Source: Myxococcota bacterium (GTDB lineage Bacteria; Myxococcota_A; UBA796; SXON01). From it: a stretch of 64,000 nucleotides of DNA. The notes beneath the pieces were generated by a model. The model did not search any database and was not told the origin of the DNA. It saw nothing but the letters and a program-made list of their open reading frames with translations. Position numbers and translations under genes: made by a program. Numbering within the stretch: the stretch's first letter is position 1; every line of letters starts with the position of its first letter. Positions 13,516 to 23,822 of the stretch are shown piece after piece. The DNA lies in contig JAZKFH010000024.1 in NCBI GenBank assembly GCA_040386535.1, positions 68,330-132,329 of the forward strand, given 5' to 3'.

Positions 13516-16086
13516 ATGCCGCTCCTCCCCGTCGTCTTCTTCCTCTCCGGCGCCACCAGCCTCGTCTACCAGTCGGTCTGGGGCCGCGAGCTGCACCTCG
13601 TGTTCGGCACGAGCCAGTTCGCCATCGCGACCGTGCTCGCGGCGTTCATGACGGGGCTCGCCGCCGGCGGCTGGATCGGCGGGCGGCTCTCCGACCGGGT
13701 CGCGCGCCCCCTGCGGGCCTACGGATTGCTCGAGGCGACGATCGGCGCTTACGCGCTGATCTTCCCGAGCGTCGTCCGAATCCTCGAGCCCATCTACCTC
13801 AACTTCTGGCACGCCACCGATCCGAGCCCGCTCGCGTTCGGGAGCTTCCAGTTCCTGCTGCTCGGGCCCGGCCTGCTCATCCCCACCGCCTGCATGGGCG
13901 CCACGCTGCCCCTGCTCGTCCGCCACGTGGCGCCGAAGCCGGGCGAGGCGGGCGCGGTCGTCGGGCGGCTCTACGGCATCAACACGGCGGGCGCGGTGGT
14001 CGGCGTCGCGGTGGCAGGCTTCTGGCTGCTGCCGGACCTCGGCGTACGCGACACGACGTTGCTCGTGGCCTGCGGAAACTTCCTCCTCTGCGGGATCGCC
14101 TTCTGGATGGACCGCGGCACCGCGGCCCTCCCCCCGATCCCCGCGACCAAGGCCGTCCCCCTCCCCGCCGCCGTCCTCGTCGTCGCGGCGCTCGCCGGCA
14201 TGTCGAGCCTCGCCATGGAGGTGGCCTGGTTCCGCCTCCTCACCCTCATCCTCGGTGCGAGCACCTACGCGTTCTCCGTGATGCTCCTGGCGTTCCTCGC
14301 GGGCATCGCCCTCGGCGGGCGCGTCGGCGGGCCCATCGCCGATCGGGCGAAGGATGCCCGCACCGCGCTCCTCGGACTCGCGACGCTCCAGGTCGGCGTC
14401 GCGTTGCTCTCCTACCTCGCGATGTTCGCCTACGGCGAGCTTCCCGTCGCGTTCGTGAAGGCGTTCTTCTGGATGGAGACGCTCAACGAGGAGCTCACCT
14501 ACGTCTTCGGCACCGATGTCTCGCTGCTCTGGCCGATGAAGTGCCTGCTCGCCTTCCTCGTCATGGCGCCGCCCGCCGTGCTCATGGGCGCCACGTTCCC
14601 GTTCCTCGTGCGCGCCGTCCTGGCCGTGAACGAGGGAGACGCCGCGCGGCCCGTCGGCGGCGTGTACGCGGCCAACACGGTCGGCGCGATCGTGGGCGCG
14701 TTCGGCGGCGGTTTCGTGCTCCTCCCGATGCTCTACGTCACCGGCACGGTGTTGTTCTGCTCGACGCTCAACCTCGTCGGCGCGGCCGTGGCCGTCGCTG
14801 CCGCCGGAGAGCGTCGCCGGCTGGTGGTCGGTGGCGTGCTGGCCGCCGGCCTGGTCGGGGTGGCGTGGACCTTCCCGCCGCCCTGGAACCCGATGCTCAT
14901 GTCGTCGGGCGTCTACAAGTACGTCGACAACCTCGACGAGCCGACCTTTGCCGAGATCAAGAAGCGCTTCCTCGATCGGTACGAGCTGCTCTACTACAAG
15001 GAGGGGCTCTCCACCGTCATCACCGTCGCGCACAACAAGACGACGGGCAACGTGTGGCTCGCCAACAACGGCAAGATCGACGCGAGCACCACGTCGGACA
15101 TGCCGACGCAGGTCCTCGTGGCGCACACCGGGTTCCTCTTCACGGGGGACCGCGCCCGCAACACTGCCCTCATCGGCCTCGCCAGCGGCATCACCCTCGG
15201 CGCGATGACGCTGCACCCCGAGCTCGAGAACATCGACGTCATCGAGCTCGAGCCCGCCATGGAGGAGGCCACGCAGTTCTTTGCCGCGTGGAACCACGAC
15301 GCGCTCGCGGACGACCGCGTGAACGTGATCAAGAACGACGGCCGCAACCAGCTCCTGCTCACGCCGCCCGGCACCTACGATCTCATCGTGGCCGAGCCCT
15401 CCAACCCGTGGCTCACCGGCGTGTCGAACCTGTTCACGCGGGAGTTCTTCGAGATGGGGAAGGCGCGGCTCGCGCCCGGCGGCATCTGGAGCCAGTGGGT
15501 GCAGATGTACGGGATGGACGAGCGCGATCTGCAATCCATCATGCGGACGTTCGCGACGGTGTACCCCCACGTGCTCGTGTTCTCGACGATCGAGGACGCG
15601 GATCTAGTGATGATCGGCAGCGATCGCCCGCTCGACTTCGATCTCGCCGCCGCCCACGCGCTCGCCTCGAAGAACCCCGCCGTGACCGCCGAGCTCACGT
15701 CCGTGGGCGTGGCGGACGGCTACGATCTGCTCTGCCACTTCCTCTTCGACCGCGACACCGTCATGTGGCGCACCACCGGCATCCCGCTCAACACCGACGA
15801 CAACCTGCTCGTCGAGTACTCCGCGCCGAAGAACCTGCACGTCGAGACGTCGACCGACAACTTCCGCATGTTGCGCAAGTGGATGGCGCGCCCGTCGATC
15901 GAGCTGGCGGAGCGGCTGGCGACGGTCGAGGATCTCGAGGAGCTCGCGCTCGCCTACAGCGACCGCGACGACCTCGTGCGGGCCATGGTGGCCCTCCAGG
16001 AGGCCGCGCGGCGGGACCCCCGCCGTGCCGCGACCGCCGCGCTCATCGACGACGTGCGGCGGCGCTGGAACGAGACGCCGCGGTAG
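13516..16086 (+). CDS. Fused MFS-like membrane domain / spermidine synthase-like SAM-binding protein
   Basis: FFLSGATSLVYQSVW, LYGINTAGA, multiple TM helices; C-terminal IGLASGIT, VIELEP, DGRN, YDLIVAEPSNPW, LFTREF. Confidence 0.92.
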   Translation: MPLLPVVFFLSGATSLVYQSVWGRELHLVFGTSQFAIATVLAAFMTGLAAGGWIGGRLSDRVARPLRAYGLLEATIGAYALIFPSVVRILEPIYLNFWHATDPSPLAFGSFQFLLLGPGLLIPTACMGATLPLLVRHVAPKPGEAGAVVGRLYGINTAGAVVGVAVAGFWLLPDLGVRDTTLLVACGNFLLCGIAFWMDRGTAALPPIPATKAVPLPAAVLVVAALAGMSSLAMEVAWFRLLTLILGASTYAFSVMLLAFLAGIALGGRVGGPIADRAKDARTALLGLATLQVGVALLSYLAMFAYGELPVAFVKAFFWMETLNEELTYVFGTDVSLLWPMKCLLAFLVMAPPAVLMGATFPFLVRAVLAVNEGDAARPVGGVYAANTVGAIVGAFGGGFVLLPMLYVTGTVLFCSTLNLVGAAVAVAAAGERRRLVVGGVLAAGLVGVAWTFPPPWNPMLMSSGVYKYVDNLDEPTFAEIKKRFLDRYELLYYKEGLSTVITVAHNKTTGNVWLANNGKIDASTTSDMPTQVLVAHTGFLFTGDRARNTALIGLASGITLGAMTLHPELENIDVIELEPAMEEATQFFAAWNHDALADDRVNVIKNDGRNQLLLTPPGTYDLIVAEPSNPWLTGVSNLFTREFFEMGKARLAPGGIWSQWVQMYGMDERDLQSIMRTFATVYPHVLVFSTIEDADLVMIGSDRPLDFDLAAAHALASKNPAVTAELTSVGVADGYDLLCHFLFDRDTVMWRTTGIPLNTDDNLLVEYSAPKNLHVETSTDNFRMLRKWMARPSIELAERLATVEDLEELALAYSDRDDLVRAMVALQEAARRDPRRAATAALIDDVRRRWNETPR

Positions 16087-16108
16087 CGCGACTCCGCGGG
16101 ACGGGTCG

Positions 16109-16750
16109 CTACTTCTCCATCTTGAGCAGCCGGCGCAGCGCCTTCTTCACCAACGCGCGCACGCCGGTCTCAGGGGGCGGCGGGGGCGGCGGGGCGCGCT
16201 TGGCGGCGGCCGGGCGCGGAGCCGGCGCGGGCTTGGGCTCGCGGGCGCCGTGATCGTGGGAGTGGCCGTGGGAATGGCCGTGGTCTTCCGCGGGGGCGGG
16301 GGCCGCGGGCGCGGCGGCGGGGGCGACGGGCGCGGGAACAGGCTTCGGGGCGGCGACTGGAGCCGGCGCGGCCCGCGCGCCACCGTGATCGTGGGCGTGC
16401 CCGTGGTCGTGATCGTGGGAGTGGCCGGGGTCCTCGACGGGAGCGGTGACGGGGACGGGCGCCTCGACCGCTTCAGCCACCTCGCTCTCGCCCTTCTTCT
16501 TCCCCCGCCCCTTCTCCTTCCCCGCGGCCTCCGCCGCCGCCTTGCCCTCGGCGGTCAAGGTGAAGATCGTGCCGTCCCACGTCACGAGCCCGTCCGACGT
16601 GAGGCCCTCCATCAGCTGGCTGAAGGCCTGGTGCGCGGCGAGGAGCTTCAGCCCGCTCCAGTCGTGAAGCGGCCCGATCGCCATGACCCCACCTTCCTGG
16701 TGGAGGTAGACGAGGAGCTTCTTGCGGCGGGTCTCGTTGATGTCGGCCAT
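16109..16750 (-). CDS. Hypothetical protein with winged-helix-like N-terminus and His-rich Pro/Ala tail
   Basis: N-terminal ...GLV....TIFTLTAEGKA; two His clusters (HSHDHDHGHAHDH, HGHSHGHSHDH). Confidence 0.75.
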   Translation of the reverse strand: MADINETRRKKLLVYLHQEGGVMAIGPLHDWSGLKLLAAHQAFSQLMEGLTSDGLVTWDGTIFTLTAEGKAAAEAAGKEKGRGKKKGESEVAEAVEAPVPVTAPVEDPGHSHDHDHGHAHDHGGARAAPAPVAAPKPVPAPVAPAAAPAAPAPAEDHGHSHGHSHDHGAREPKPAPAPRPAAAKRAPPPPPPPETGVRALVKKALRRLLKMEK

Positions 16751-16813
16751 GCGCGGTTCCTGGGATCGCCGCCGCCTAACATCGGCCCTGGCGATCGGGG
16801 GAGCTGGCCGTCG

Positions 16814-17590
16814 CTACTCGTTCTCGACCGGGGGCGGCTTGCCCTCCGCGCGCGCCCGGGCCCGCGCCTTCCTTCGGCGCGGCCACGTGAAGATGGCCTC
16901 GATGGGGCCGCTCGCCACGTGCGTGACGCCGAGCAGGACGAGCACGGTCGAGATGTCGTACACCGCGCCGATCGCGAGGCACACGCCGGCGAGGACGACG
17001 AACGTCGCCATCACCTTGGGCGACATCTTGAACGTCTTCATCGTGCGGAACGGGATCGACGACACCTCGAGGAACGCGACGGCGAGCACGAACAGGACGA
17101 TGCCCGTCGGGTCGGTCGGCCCGGGCAGGCCCGAACCCGAGTGCCACATGACGAGCGAGGAGACCGTGCCGCCGCCCATCGTGATGGTGAGGCCCTGGCT
17201 CCACCGGTGGGCCTTGCCGTCGGCGGTGACGTTGAACCGCGCGAGGCGGAAGGCGCCGCCGAGCATCAGCGCACCCGCGACGAAAACGCCGAACGGGCCG
17301 TAGGGGGCGAGGCCCCAGAAGTAGACGAGGCACGCCGGGGCCACGCCGAAGCTGATGATGTCGACCAGCGAGTCGAGCTGCACGCCGAAGGCGGTGCCCG
17401 TGCCGGTCATGCGCGCGACCCGCCCGTCGAGCATGTCGAACAGCCCGGCGAAGAAGATCATCAAGCCGGCTTTGTAGTAGGACGCCGCGTCCCCCTGGGC
17501 CTGGCCCGCGAGGAGGATGGCGTAGAACCCACAAAACAAGCTGGCCGAGGTGAACCAGTTCGGCGGGTTCAGGAACTGCTTGAGCATCAT
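16814..17590 (-). CDS. pssA: CDP-diacylglycerol--serine O-phosphatidyltransferase
   Basis: [22 protein letters not shown]...[27 protein letters not shown]; start 17590 overlaps the lysC stop. Confidence 0.92.
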   Translation of the reverse strand: MMLKQFLNPPNWFTSASLFCGFYAILLAGQAQGDAASYYKAGLMIFFAGLFDMLDGRVARMTGTGTAFGVQLDSLVDIISFGVAPACLVYFWGLAPYGPFGVFVAGALMLGGAFRLARFNVTADGKAHRWSQGLTITMGGGTVSSLVMWHSGSGLPGPTDPTGIVLFVLAVAFLEVSSIPFRTMKTFKMSPKVMATFVVLAGVCLAIGAVYDISTVLVLLGVTHVASGPIEAIFTWPRRRKARARARAEGKPPPVENE

Positions 17591-18675
17591 GCGGAGGGGG
17601 ACTCCAGGAGCGCTGAGTGCAGGCTCCTCTCCAGCCCCGCCGCGCGCGCGGGGGCGACCTCGAAGACTACCGCATCCGTCGCCGCGTGCCACCGGGTGGC
17701 GTCGGGTCCGGCGGCGTTCAGGATGCGCGCGAGGACCCCGGGATCGGTGCCGGCGCGCGCGCCGATCACGGCGACCGTGGCCGCGTTCACGAGCCCCGGG
17801 AGATCCGCGTGGAGGTTGCGCCGATCGAGGAGGAGCCCCTCGGGCCCGGCGGCGCGGATGCACGGAGTGGGCAGCGACGGGAGCAGCGCGAGCGGCCCCC
17901 GCGCGAGCTGCGTGTCGGCCGTGATGGCGAGGATCCGCGCGGGCGCCGTACCGGGGTGGATGCGGGTGCCGCCGGTCTCCGCGAACGTGGCGCTCGCGCG
18001 CATCGTGATGCCCTCCCGGTGGGCCCAGGCCACCGCCTCTTCGTAGAGCACCTTGGCGCCGTTCTGGGCGAGCGCGAGGGCCTCGTCGAGGGTCATCGCG
18101 TCGAGCCGGACGGCCGCGGGGACCGCGCGCGGGTCGGCGCTGTAGACACCGTCGACATCGCTGCAGATCTCGCACTCGTCGGCCCTAAGCGCGGCCGCGA
18201 GCACGACGGCCGTGGTGTCGCTTCCGCCGCGCCCGAGCGTCGTGACCTCCCGCTCGCGGCTCACCCCCTGGAACCCGGCGACGATGGCGACCTCCCCCCG
18301 CGCGACGGCCTCGCGGACCCGATCGGGGCGCACCTCGACCACGCGCGCGTTGGCGTGGCTGGTGTCGGTGATGATGCCGCTCTGGCTGCCCGTGAAGGAG
18401 CGCGCGGGCACGCCCAGCTCCTGCAGCGCCATCGCGAGGAGCGCCATGCTGACCCGCTCGCCGACGCTGATGAGCATGTCCAGCTCACGACGCCCCGGCG
18501 ACTGGGTCACCTCCCGGGCGAGCGCGAGCAGCTCGTTGGTGGTGTTCCCCATCGCGGAGACGACGACCACGACGCTGTCGCCCCGCGCGCGCGCTCGCGC
18601 CACGCGGGCGGCCACCTTGCGGAGCCGCGCTACGTCGCTGACCGACGAGCCGCCGTACTTCTGCACGAGCAACAT
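17587..18675 (-). CDS. lysC: Aspartate kinase
   Basis: [45 protein letters not shown]. Confidence 0.93.
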   Translation of the reverse strand: MLLVQKYGGSSVSDVARLRKVAARVARARARGDSVVVVVSAMGNTTNELLALAREVTQSPGRRELDMLISVGERVSMALLAMALQELGVPARSFTGSQSGIITDTSHANARVVEVRPDRVREAVARGEVAIVAGFQGVSREREVTTLGRGGSDTTAVVLAAALRADECEICSDVDGVYSADPRAVPAAVRLDAMTLDEALALAQNGAKVLYEEAVAWAHREGITMRASATFAETGGTRIHPGTAPARILAITADTQLARGPLALLPSLPTPCIRAAGPEGLLLDRRNLHADLPGLVNAATVAVIGARAGTDPGVLARILNAAGPDATRWHAATDAVVFEVAPARAAGLERSLHSALLESPSA

Positions 18676-18701
18676 GGGCTAGCGCATCTCACACATCGAA
18701 G

Positions 18702-19529
18702 TCATCGAATCTCGAAGCTGTCGACATAGATCACGTTCCCGCCCCGGTCCGGCGAGAGGAGCCCGGTGAGGTCCTCGATCTCGAGGAGGCGCACGCGATC
18801 GTCCGGCCGGAGCGCGCTCCCCGCGCCGCCGCGGGCGCCGTCCGTCGAGCGGAACGCGCTCGCCGGCATCACGACGTCGAGCCACTCGCCGGTGGGGACC
18901 TGGAGCACCGGTGCGCTGTAGCGCCCGCCCGCGCCGTCGCTGAAGGTCACGCGGAGCTCGGCGGGGAAGGCATGAGCCCGCACCTGGAAGCTGATGCGCG
19001 TCACCGCGCGGTCCACCTCGAGCGCCGCCGCGATGTGGTCGGGCTCTCCCGTCAGGACGGTGGTGCCCCACGCGAGCACCGGCCGCCCCTGGATGTTCCG
19101 CGCCTCCATCGCGCCCTTCTCGGCCTGGTCCCAGGCGCGCACGAAGGCGCCGATGCCGCTCTCGAACCCGAACGTGACCGGGAGCGCGGTGATCGCGCGC
19201 GACTTGAGCTCGATGCGCGCGAGGAGGGCCCCGGCGCGGGGGCGCACGGACTCGTCCCGCATCGCGGTGCGGAGCGCGGTCACGGCCGCTCCCGTGTCCC
19301 CGAGGCCGTACCGCGCGCGGCCCAGCCAGTACCAGGCAGTGCCGTACAGCGGATCATCCGCGGTCAGGTCGGAGACGACCTCCTCGTAGTAGAGCGCCGC
19401 GACCTCGGGCGTGCCGTCCGCCGCCTCGACGAGACGGGCGTCGTAGAGGGTCTCCCATGCGCGCACCGGGTCCTCCGCCCGCGCGCCCTGGTGGGCGGCG
19501 AGGAGCGCGGTGACGAGCGGGAGGATCAC
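18702..19529 (-). CDS. Exported protein with TPR plus carbohydrate-binding-like beta-sandwich
   Basis: GTG start overlapping the response-regulator stop; signal peptide; AWYWLGRARY TPR; C-terminal ISFQVR...EWLDV...IYVDSF. Confidence 0.75.
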   Translation of the reverse strand: MILPLVTALLAAHQGARAEDPVRAWETLYDARLVEAADGTPEVAALYYEEVVSDLTADDPLYGTAWYWLGRARYGLGDTGAAVTALRTAMRDESVRPRAGALLARIELKSRAITALPVTFGFESGIGAFVRAWDQAEKGAMEARNIQGRPVLAWGTTVLTGEPDHIAAALEVDRAVTRISFQVRAHAFPAELRVTFSDGAGGRYSAPVLQVPTGEWLDVVMPASAFRSTDGARGGAGSALRPDDRVRLLEIEDLTGLLSPDRGGNVIYVDSFEIR

Positions 19530-20227
19530 CCCTCCTCCCCGACGAACTTGTACCCGATGCCGTGGTAGGTCTCGATGAAGCGGGGCGCGCCCGCGTCGTC
19601 CCGGAGCTTCTTGCGCACGTTGAGGATGTGCGTGTCGACCGTGCGCGTCGTGACGCCCGCGCTGTACTTCCAGATGCTGGCGAGCAGCTCTTCGCGGCCG
19701 AGCACCTTGCCGCGGTGCTCGATGAGGTAGCGCAGGAGCTCCTGCTCGCGGTTGGAGAGGCGCTCGACCTCTTCCCCGTGGCGGATCAGGTAGTTGTCGA
19801 GGTCGACCTCGACGTCGGCGTAGCGGTACACGCTCTTGCCGCCGCCCGCGCGCTTGAGGACCGCGTTCACCCGCGCGCGCAGCTCGAGCAGCGAGAACGG
19901 CTTGGTGATGTAGTCGTCGGCGCCGAGATCGAACGCGAGCAGCTTGTCGTGCTCCAGGGTGCGCGCCGTCAGCAGGATGACGGGCCCGGCGAAGCCGGTG
20001 CGGCGCAGCTCGGAGAGGATCTGGAACCCGTCGAGCCCGCCGGGGCCCTCCGGGCCCTCGTGCAACATCACGTCGAGCACCGCGATGTCGACCTTGTGGC
20101 GGCTCGCGATCTCCAGCCCGGCGCGCCCGCCGCGGGCGTGGAACACCTCGAAACCCTCCCGGGTGAAGAAGGCCACGAGCGAAGAGAGGAGATCTTCCTC
20201 GTCTTCGCAGAACAGGATTCGGGCCAT
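19526..20227 (-). CDS. OmpR/PhoB-family response regulator
   Basis: ILFCEDE, LDVML, ILLTA, GADDYITKPF, TRTVDTHI..VRKKL, IETYHGIGYKF. Confidence 0.96.
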   Translation of the reverse strand: MARILFCEDEEDLLSSLVAFFTREGFEVFHARGGRAGLEIASRHKVDIAVLDVMLHEGPEGPGGLDGFQILSELRRTGFAGPVILLTARTLEHDKLLAFDLGADDYITKPFSLLELRARVNAVLKRAGGGKSVYRYADVEVDLDNYLIRHGEEVERLSNREQELLRYLIEHRGKVLGREELLASIWKYSAGVTTRTVDTHILNVRKKLRDDAGAPRFIETYHGIGYKFVGEEG

Positions 20228-20239
20228 CGGTGGGGGCTC

Positions 20240-22333
20240 CTAGGCGTTCGGGCCGGGCGGACGGAGGGGGAAGTGCAACGTGAAGGTGGACCCGCGGCCG
20301 GTGGCGGAGCGGACGCTCACGCGCCCCCCGTGGGCTTCCATGATGTATTTCACGATGGTCAACCCGATGCCAGTACCCTTCTTTCGACGGGCCTGCGGAT
20401 CGGTGGAGCGGTAGTACTGTTCGAAGATCTGGCGCTGCTCCTCGGCGGCGATGCCGATGCCGCCGTCGGAGACGGCGACGAGCACGCCGCCGTCGGTGGA
20501 GGAGCCCGGTTCGGCGGCGGACACGTCCACCTTTATCCAGCCGGCCTCCTGCCCGTACTTCGCCGCGTTGGACAAGAGGTTGGTCAGGACCTGGCTCACC
20601 GCGTCCGCGTCGTGCCAGACCACCGGTAGATCCTCGGGAAGCGTGAGCTGGATGTCCATCCCGCGGGTCTCCATCGCGACCATCGCGGCCTCGACCATGC
20701 GGGCGCACGTGGCGCCGAGATCACCGGGGCGGAAGGTGTAGGTCTTCCGCCCGCGCTCGATCGCCGCGAAGTCGAGCACGTTGTCGACCAGCCGAGAGAG
20801 CCGCTCCGCCTCGCGGACGATGACGTCGTAGTGTTTTTCGCGCGCCGCCTCGTCTGGCGCGAGGCCGAGCTGGAGCGCCTCGGCCTTGAGCCGGATCTGG
20901 GTGATGGGGGAGCGGAGCTCGTGGGACACGTTCGCGGCGAAGTCGGACTTGTCCCGCGCGACCTCGAGCTCGCGTTGCACCAGCCGCGCCGACAAGACCG
21001 TCCCCACCGAGATCATCGCGACCGAGAGCAGGATGATCCCGATGCCGCGCTGGCGCTCCTCGGCCTGGCGGCGCTGAAGCGTCACGGCGTCCCGGGGGTA
21101 GACCCCGAGCGACCAGCTCGGGAACCACGGCGCGAGGCTGCGGCGGGCCAGCGGCGTGTCGCGACCGGGGTCGTCCGGCCCGCGGATGACCGCGATGACG
21201 TCGCTCTCGGGGCCCGCCGCCCGCGCCGCCAGCTCGCTGATCTGGACCATCACCGCGTCCAGGTCGAGCCCGAGGACGTACTGGTCCTCCGCGGTCCACG
21301 TGGTGGCCCAGAGCGCGTCTTCCGTGCGGCTGTAGGAGAACGAGCCCGCCGCCATGGGAAGCAGGCGGCCCTTGGCGCCCAGCGTCTCGAGCTCGGGAAG
21401 CAGGCGCTCAGCCCAGAACAGCTGGCTGGCGCGATCCTCGAGGCGCCCGCGCGCGCGCCCGAGCCACTCGGGGTTCGCGCGGCCGGCGATCAGATCGATG
21501 CCGCGGCGCGCGACGGCGGCCTCGCCTCCGCGCCCGATGATCCAGGGCTCCGCGAGCAACATCTCGACGTGCTCGCGCACGGCGGCCTCTCCGGCGACAG
21601 GATCGCGGGCGAGGCGCAGCTCCCCGAGCTTGAGCCGCGCGAGGTCGCCGAGGCGGAACCCGTAGGCGTCGCGCACGGCGGCGTACCCGGACCCGACCTC
21701 GGTGAAGAGCTGCTCGGCCAGGAACAGCTCCCCGGCGCGTTGCGCCGCGTTGGCGCGGGCGTAGATGGCCTGGCCCTTGAGCTCGGGGGCCCGGGCCTCG
21801 CGGGCGGCCTGCGCGAAGAGCACGGCGGCGCGCGGGTAGTCCTGCTGGCGCTCGGCTCGGAGCGCGGCCTGCCACGGCGCGAAGAAGAACAGCTCCTGGT
21901 CCTCGAGCGAGTCCTCCGCGTCCGGCGAGCGCGGGAAGACCAGCGCGCCCTCGCTGTCGTAGCGGAACACGACGCGGAGGGAGTCGGAGATCTCGCGCAG
22001 GCCGGACGTGAGCGACTGGCCCGTCTTGAGGCGGTTGAGCGTGCCGTCCTCGAAGCCCTGGAAGAGGGCCTCGACCCCGACCTGGAAGTTGTCGGCGGCG
22101 CCGGTCGCGACACGCTCGACCTCGGCGGCCCCGGCGCGCTGCTGCGCGCGGATGCCCGCGAGGCCGTAGTACGCGAGGAACAGGCCGGGGAGCACGATCG
22201 TGGCCGCGAAGACGCCGACGAAGGTGAAGACGCCGCGCAGGTGGTACAGGTCGACCTTGGCGCGCACGTCCCCCCGGCGCGCCGCGAGGACACGACGCAG
22301 GAGGCGCAACGGGCCGAGGCTCTTGTCGTCCAC
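20240..22333 (-). CDS. Membrane sensor histidine kinase with large extracytoplasmic domain
   Basis: Two TM segments; NVSHELRSP H-box, NLLSNAAKY, DGGIGI, GTGIGL, GSTFT. Confidence 0.95.
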   Translation of the reverse strand: MDDKSLGPLRLLRRVLAARRGDVRAKVDLYHLRGVFTFVGVFAATIVLPGLFLAYYGLAGIRAQQRAGAAEVERVATGAADNFQVGVEALFQGFEDGTLNRLKTGQSLTSGLREISDSLRVVFRYDSEGALVFPRSPDAEDSLEDQELFFFAPWQAALRAERQQDYPRAAVLFAQAAREARAPELKGQAIYARANAAQRAGELFLAEQLFTEVGSGYAAVRDAYGFRLGDLARLKLGELRLARDPVAGEAAVREHVEMLLAEPWIIGRGGEAAVARRGIDLIAGRANPEWLGRARGRLEDRASQLFWAERLLPELETLGAKGRLLPMAAGSFSYSRTEDALWATTWTAEDQYVLGLDLDAVMVQISELAARAAGPESDVIAVIRGPDDPGRDTPLARRSLAPWFPSWSLGVYPRDAVTLQRRQAEERQRGIGIILLSVAMISVGTVLSARLVQRELEVARDKSDFAANVSHELRSPITQIRLKAEALQLGLAPDEAAREKHYDVIVREAERLSRLVDNVLDFAAIERGRKTYTFRPGDLGATCARMVEAAMVAMETRGMDIQLTLPEDLPVVWHDADAVSQVLTNLLSNAAKYGQEAGWIKVDVSAAEPGSSTDGGVLVAVSDGGIGIAAEEQRQIFEQYYRSTDPQARRKKGTGIGLTIVKYIMEAHGGRVSVRSATGRGSTFTLHFPLRPPGPNA

Positions 22334-22339
22334 GGCGGC

Positions 22340-22345
22340 ATGCTA
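22340..22345 (-). promoter_or_regulatory. Candidate -10 box (TAGCAT) 6 nt before the kinase start codon; possible leaderless mRNA
   Basis: Minus strand reads TAGCAT-GCCGCC-GTG with no SD sequence. Confidence 0.45.
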
Positions 22346-22440
22346 CCCGTGTACGGAGTGGAGGGCACGCGCACCGGGCGATCGGCGCTCCACCGCGTCG
22401 AATCCCGAAACGTGGGCCCAGACCGGGATAATGGGCGCAG

Positions 22441-22722
22441 ATGCCCGCGTACCTCCCGCTGATCGTCTCCTTCGTCGTCGGGCTCTTTGCCCTCCAGATC
22501 ACCGGCAGCCCGCGGATCGCGCAGGCCGCGGGGCTGTTCGCCCTCTCGGCCACCGTGGTGTTCACCGGGAGCATCCGCCTCTCCGGGCTCGTGTTCGACG
22601 GCAACGCGGCGCGGATCGCCGGTATCGGCATCGGCGTCCTCGGCATCCTTCGCCTCTACATCGACCACGAGTTCGAACAGCGGCTGGACGGCGCGGCGCA
22701 CGCGGACACCGCGGCGCCGTGA
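22441..22722 (+). CDS. Small membrane protein
   Basis: 93 aa with three hydrophobic segments, filling the gap before the dehydrogenase. Confidence 0.7.
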   Translation: MPAYLPLIVSFVVGLFALQITGSPRIAQAAGLFALSATVVFTGSIRLSGLVFDGNAARIAGIGIGVLGILRLYIDHEFEQRLDGAAHADTAAP

Positions 22723-22784
22723 CGCGCGCGCGGCATGCCCGGTCGCCCCCCCGGTGTTAGCCCGGGCGCCATTCCGGATCTCCC

Positions 22785-23822
22785 GTGTCGCCCCGCACCG
22801 GCATCGTCATCGAGCACCACGGCGGCCCCGAGGCCCTGAGTTTCCGCGCGCTCCCGCCCCTGGTGCCCGCCGCCGATCACGTCCGCGTGCGGGTCACCCA
22901 CGTGGCCCTGAACCACCTGGACCTCTGGGTGCGCAAGGGCGTGCCGGGCCATGACTTCCACCTGCCGCGCATCCCCGGGAGCGACGTGGCGGGCGTGCTC
23001 CTCGACCCCGCGGTCACCCCCGGCGGCGCGCTCCCCGTCGGGACCGCGGTGGTGCTCCACCCGAGCTGGGGCTGCGGCGTCTGCGCGGCGTGCCTCGACG
23101 GGCGGCAGGATCGCTGCCGGGCGTTCCGCATCCGGGGCGAGAACACCGATGGGGGCTGCGTCACCGAGGTGGCCGTGCCCCCGTGGCAGGTGCTCCCGAT
23201 ACCGGCGCACCTCGCACCCTACGAGGCCGTCGCGTTGCCGCTCACGCTCCTGACCGCGTGGCACATGCTGGTGACCCGCGCGCGCCTCGCCCGCGGAGAG
23301 CGCGTGCTGGTGCAGGCCGGCGGGAGCGGCGTCGGCGTGATGGCTGTCCAGATCGCGAAGCTCTACGGCTGCGAGGTGCACGCCACGGCCTCGACCCCCG
23401 AGCGGCGTGCCCGCCTCGAGGCGCTGGGCGCGCGCGCCTGGCCGTACGACGCCATCGGCGTCCGCGATGTGGACGTGGTGGTCGAGAGCGTCGGCGAGGC
23501 CACCTGGTCCGCCTCGGTGCGCGCGCTCGCGTGGGGCGGCCGCCTCGTGTGTTGTGGGGCCACGGCGGGGCCCGACGTGCGCCTCAACCTCCGCGCCGTG
23601 TTCTTCAAGCAGCTCGAGATCATCGGCGCGACGATGGGCTCCACCGGCGAGCTCCTGCGCGCCTGGCAGGAGGTCGTGAACGGCACCGTCCGGCCTGTCG
23701 TCGACCGCGTCCTCCCCCTCTCCCGCCTCGCCGACGCCCACACGCTCCTCGAGGCGCGCGGCGCCTTCGGAAAGATCGTGCTGGAGCAGGACCTCTCCAC
23801 CGTCCGTCCGGAGTCCTCGTGA
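22785..23822 (+). CDS. Zinc-binding (MDR) alcohol dehydrogenase / quinone oxidoreductase family protein
   Basis: LNHLDLW, IPGSDVAG, CGVCAAC...C structural zinc site, VLVQAGGSGVG, FGKIVL. Confidence 0.93.
   Translation: MSPRTGIVIEHHGGPEALSFRALPPLVPAADHVRVRVTHVALNHLDLWVRKGVPGHDFHLPRIPGSDVAGVLLDPAVTPGGALPVGTAVVLHPSWGCGVCAACLDGRQDRCRAFRIRGENTDGGCVTEVAVPPWQVLPIPAHLAPYEAVALPLTLLTAWHMLVTRARLARGERVLVQAGGSGVGVMAVQIAKLYGCEVHATASTPERRARLEALGARAWPYDAIGVRDVDVVVESVGEATWSASVRALAWGGRLVCCGATAGPDVRLNLRAVFFKQLEIIGATMGSTGELLRAWQEVVNGTVRPVVDRVLPLSRLADAHTLLEARGAFGKIVLEQDLSTVRPESS

Noticed and set aside
11608-15570. 1320-aa minus-strand ORF and the many other Arg/Pro/Ala-rich alternative ORFs
   Set aside because: Off-frame or antisense shadows of supported genes with low-complexity composition.
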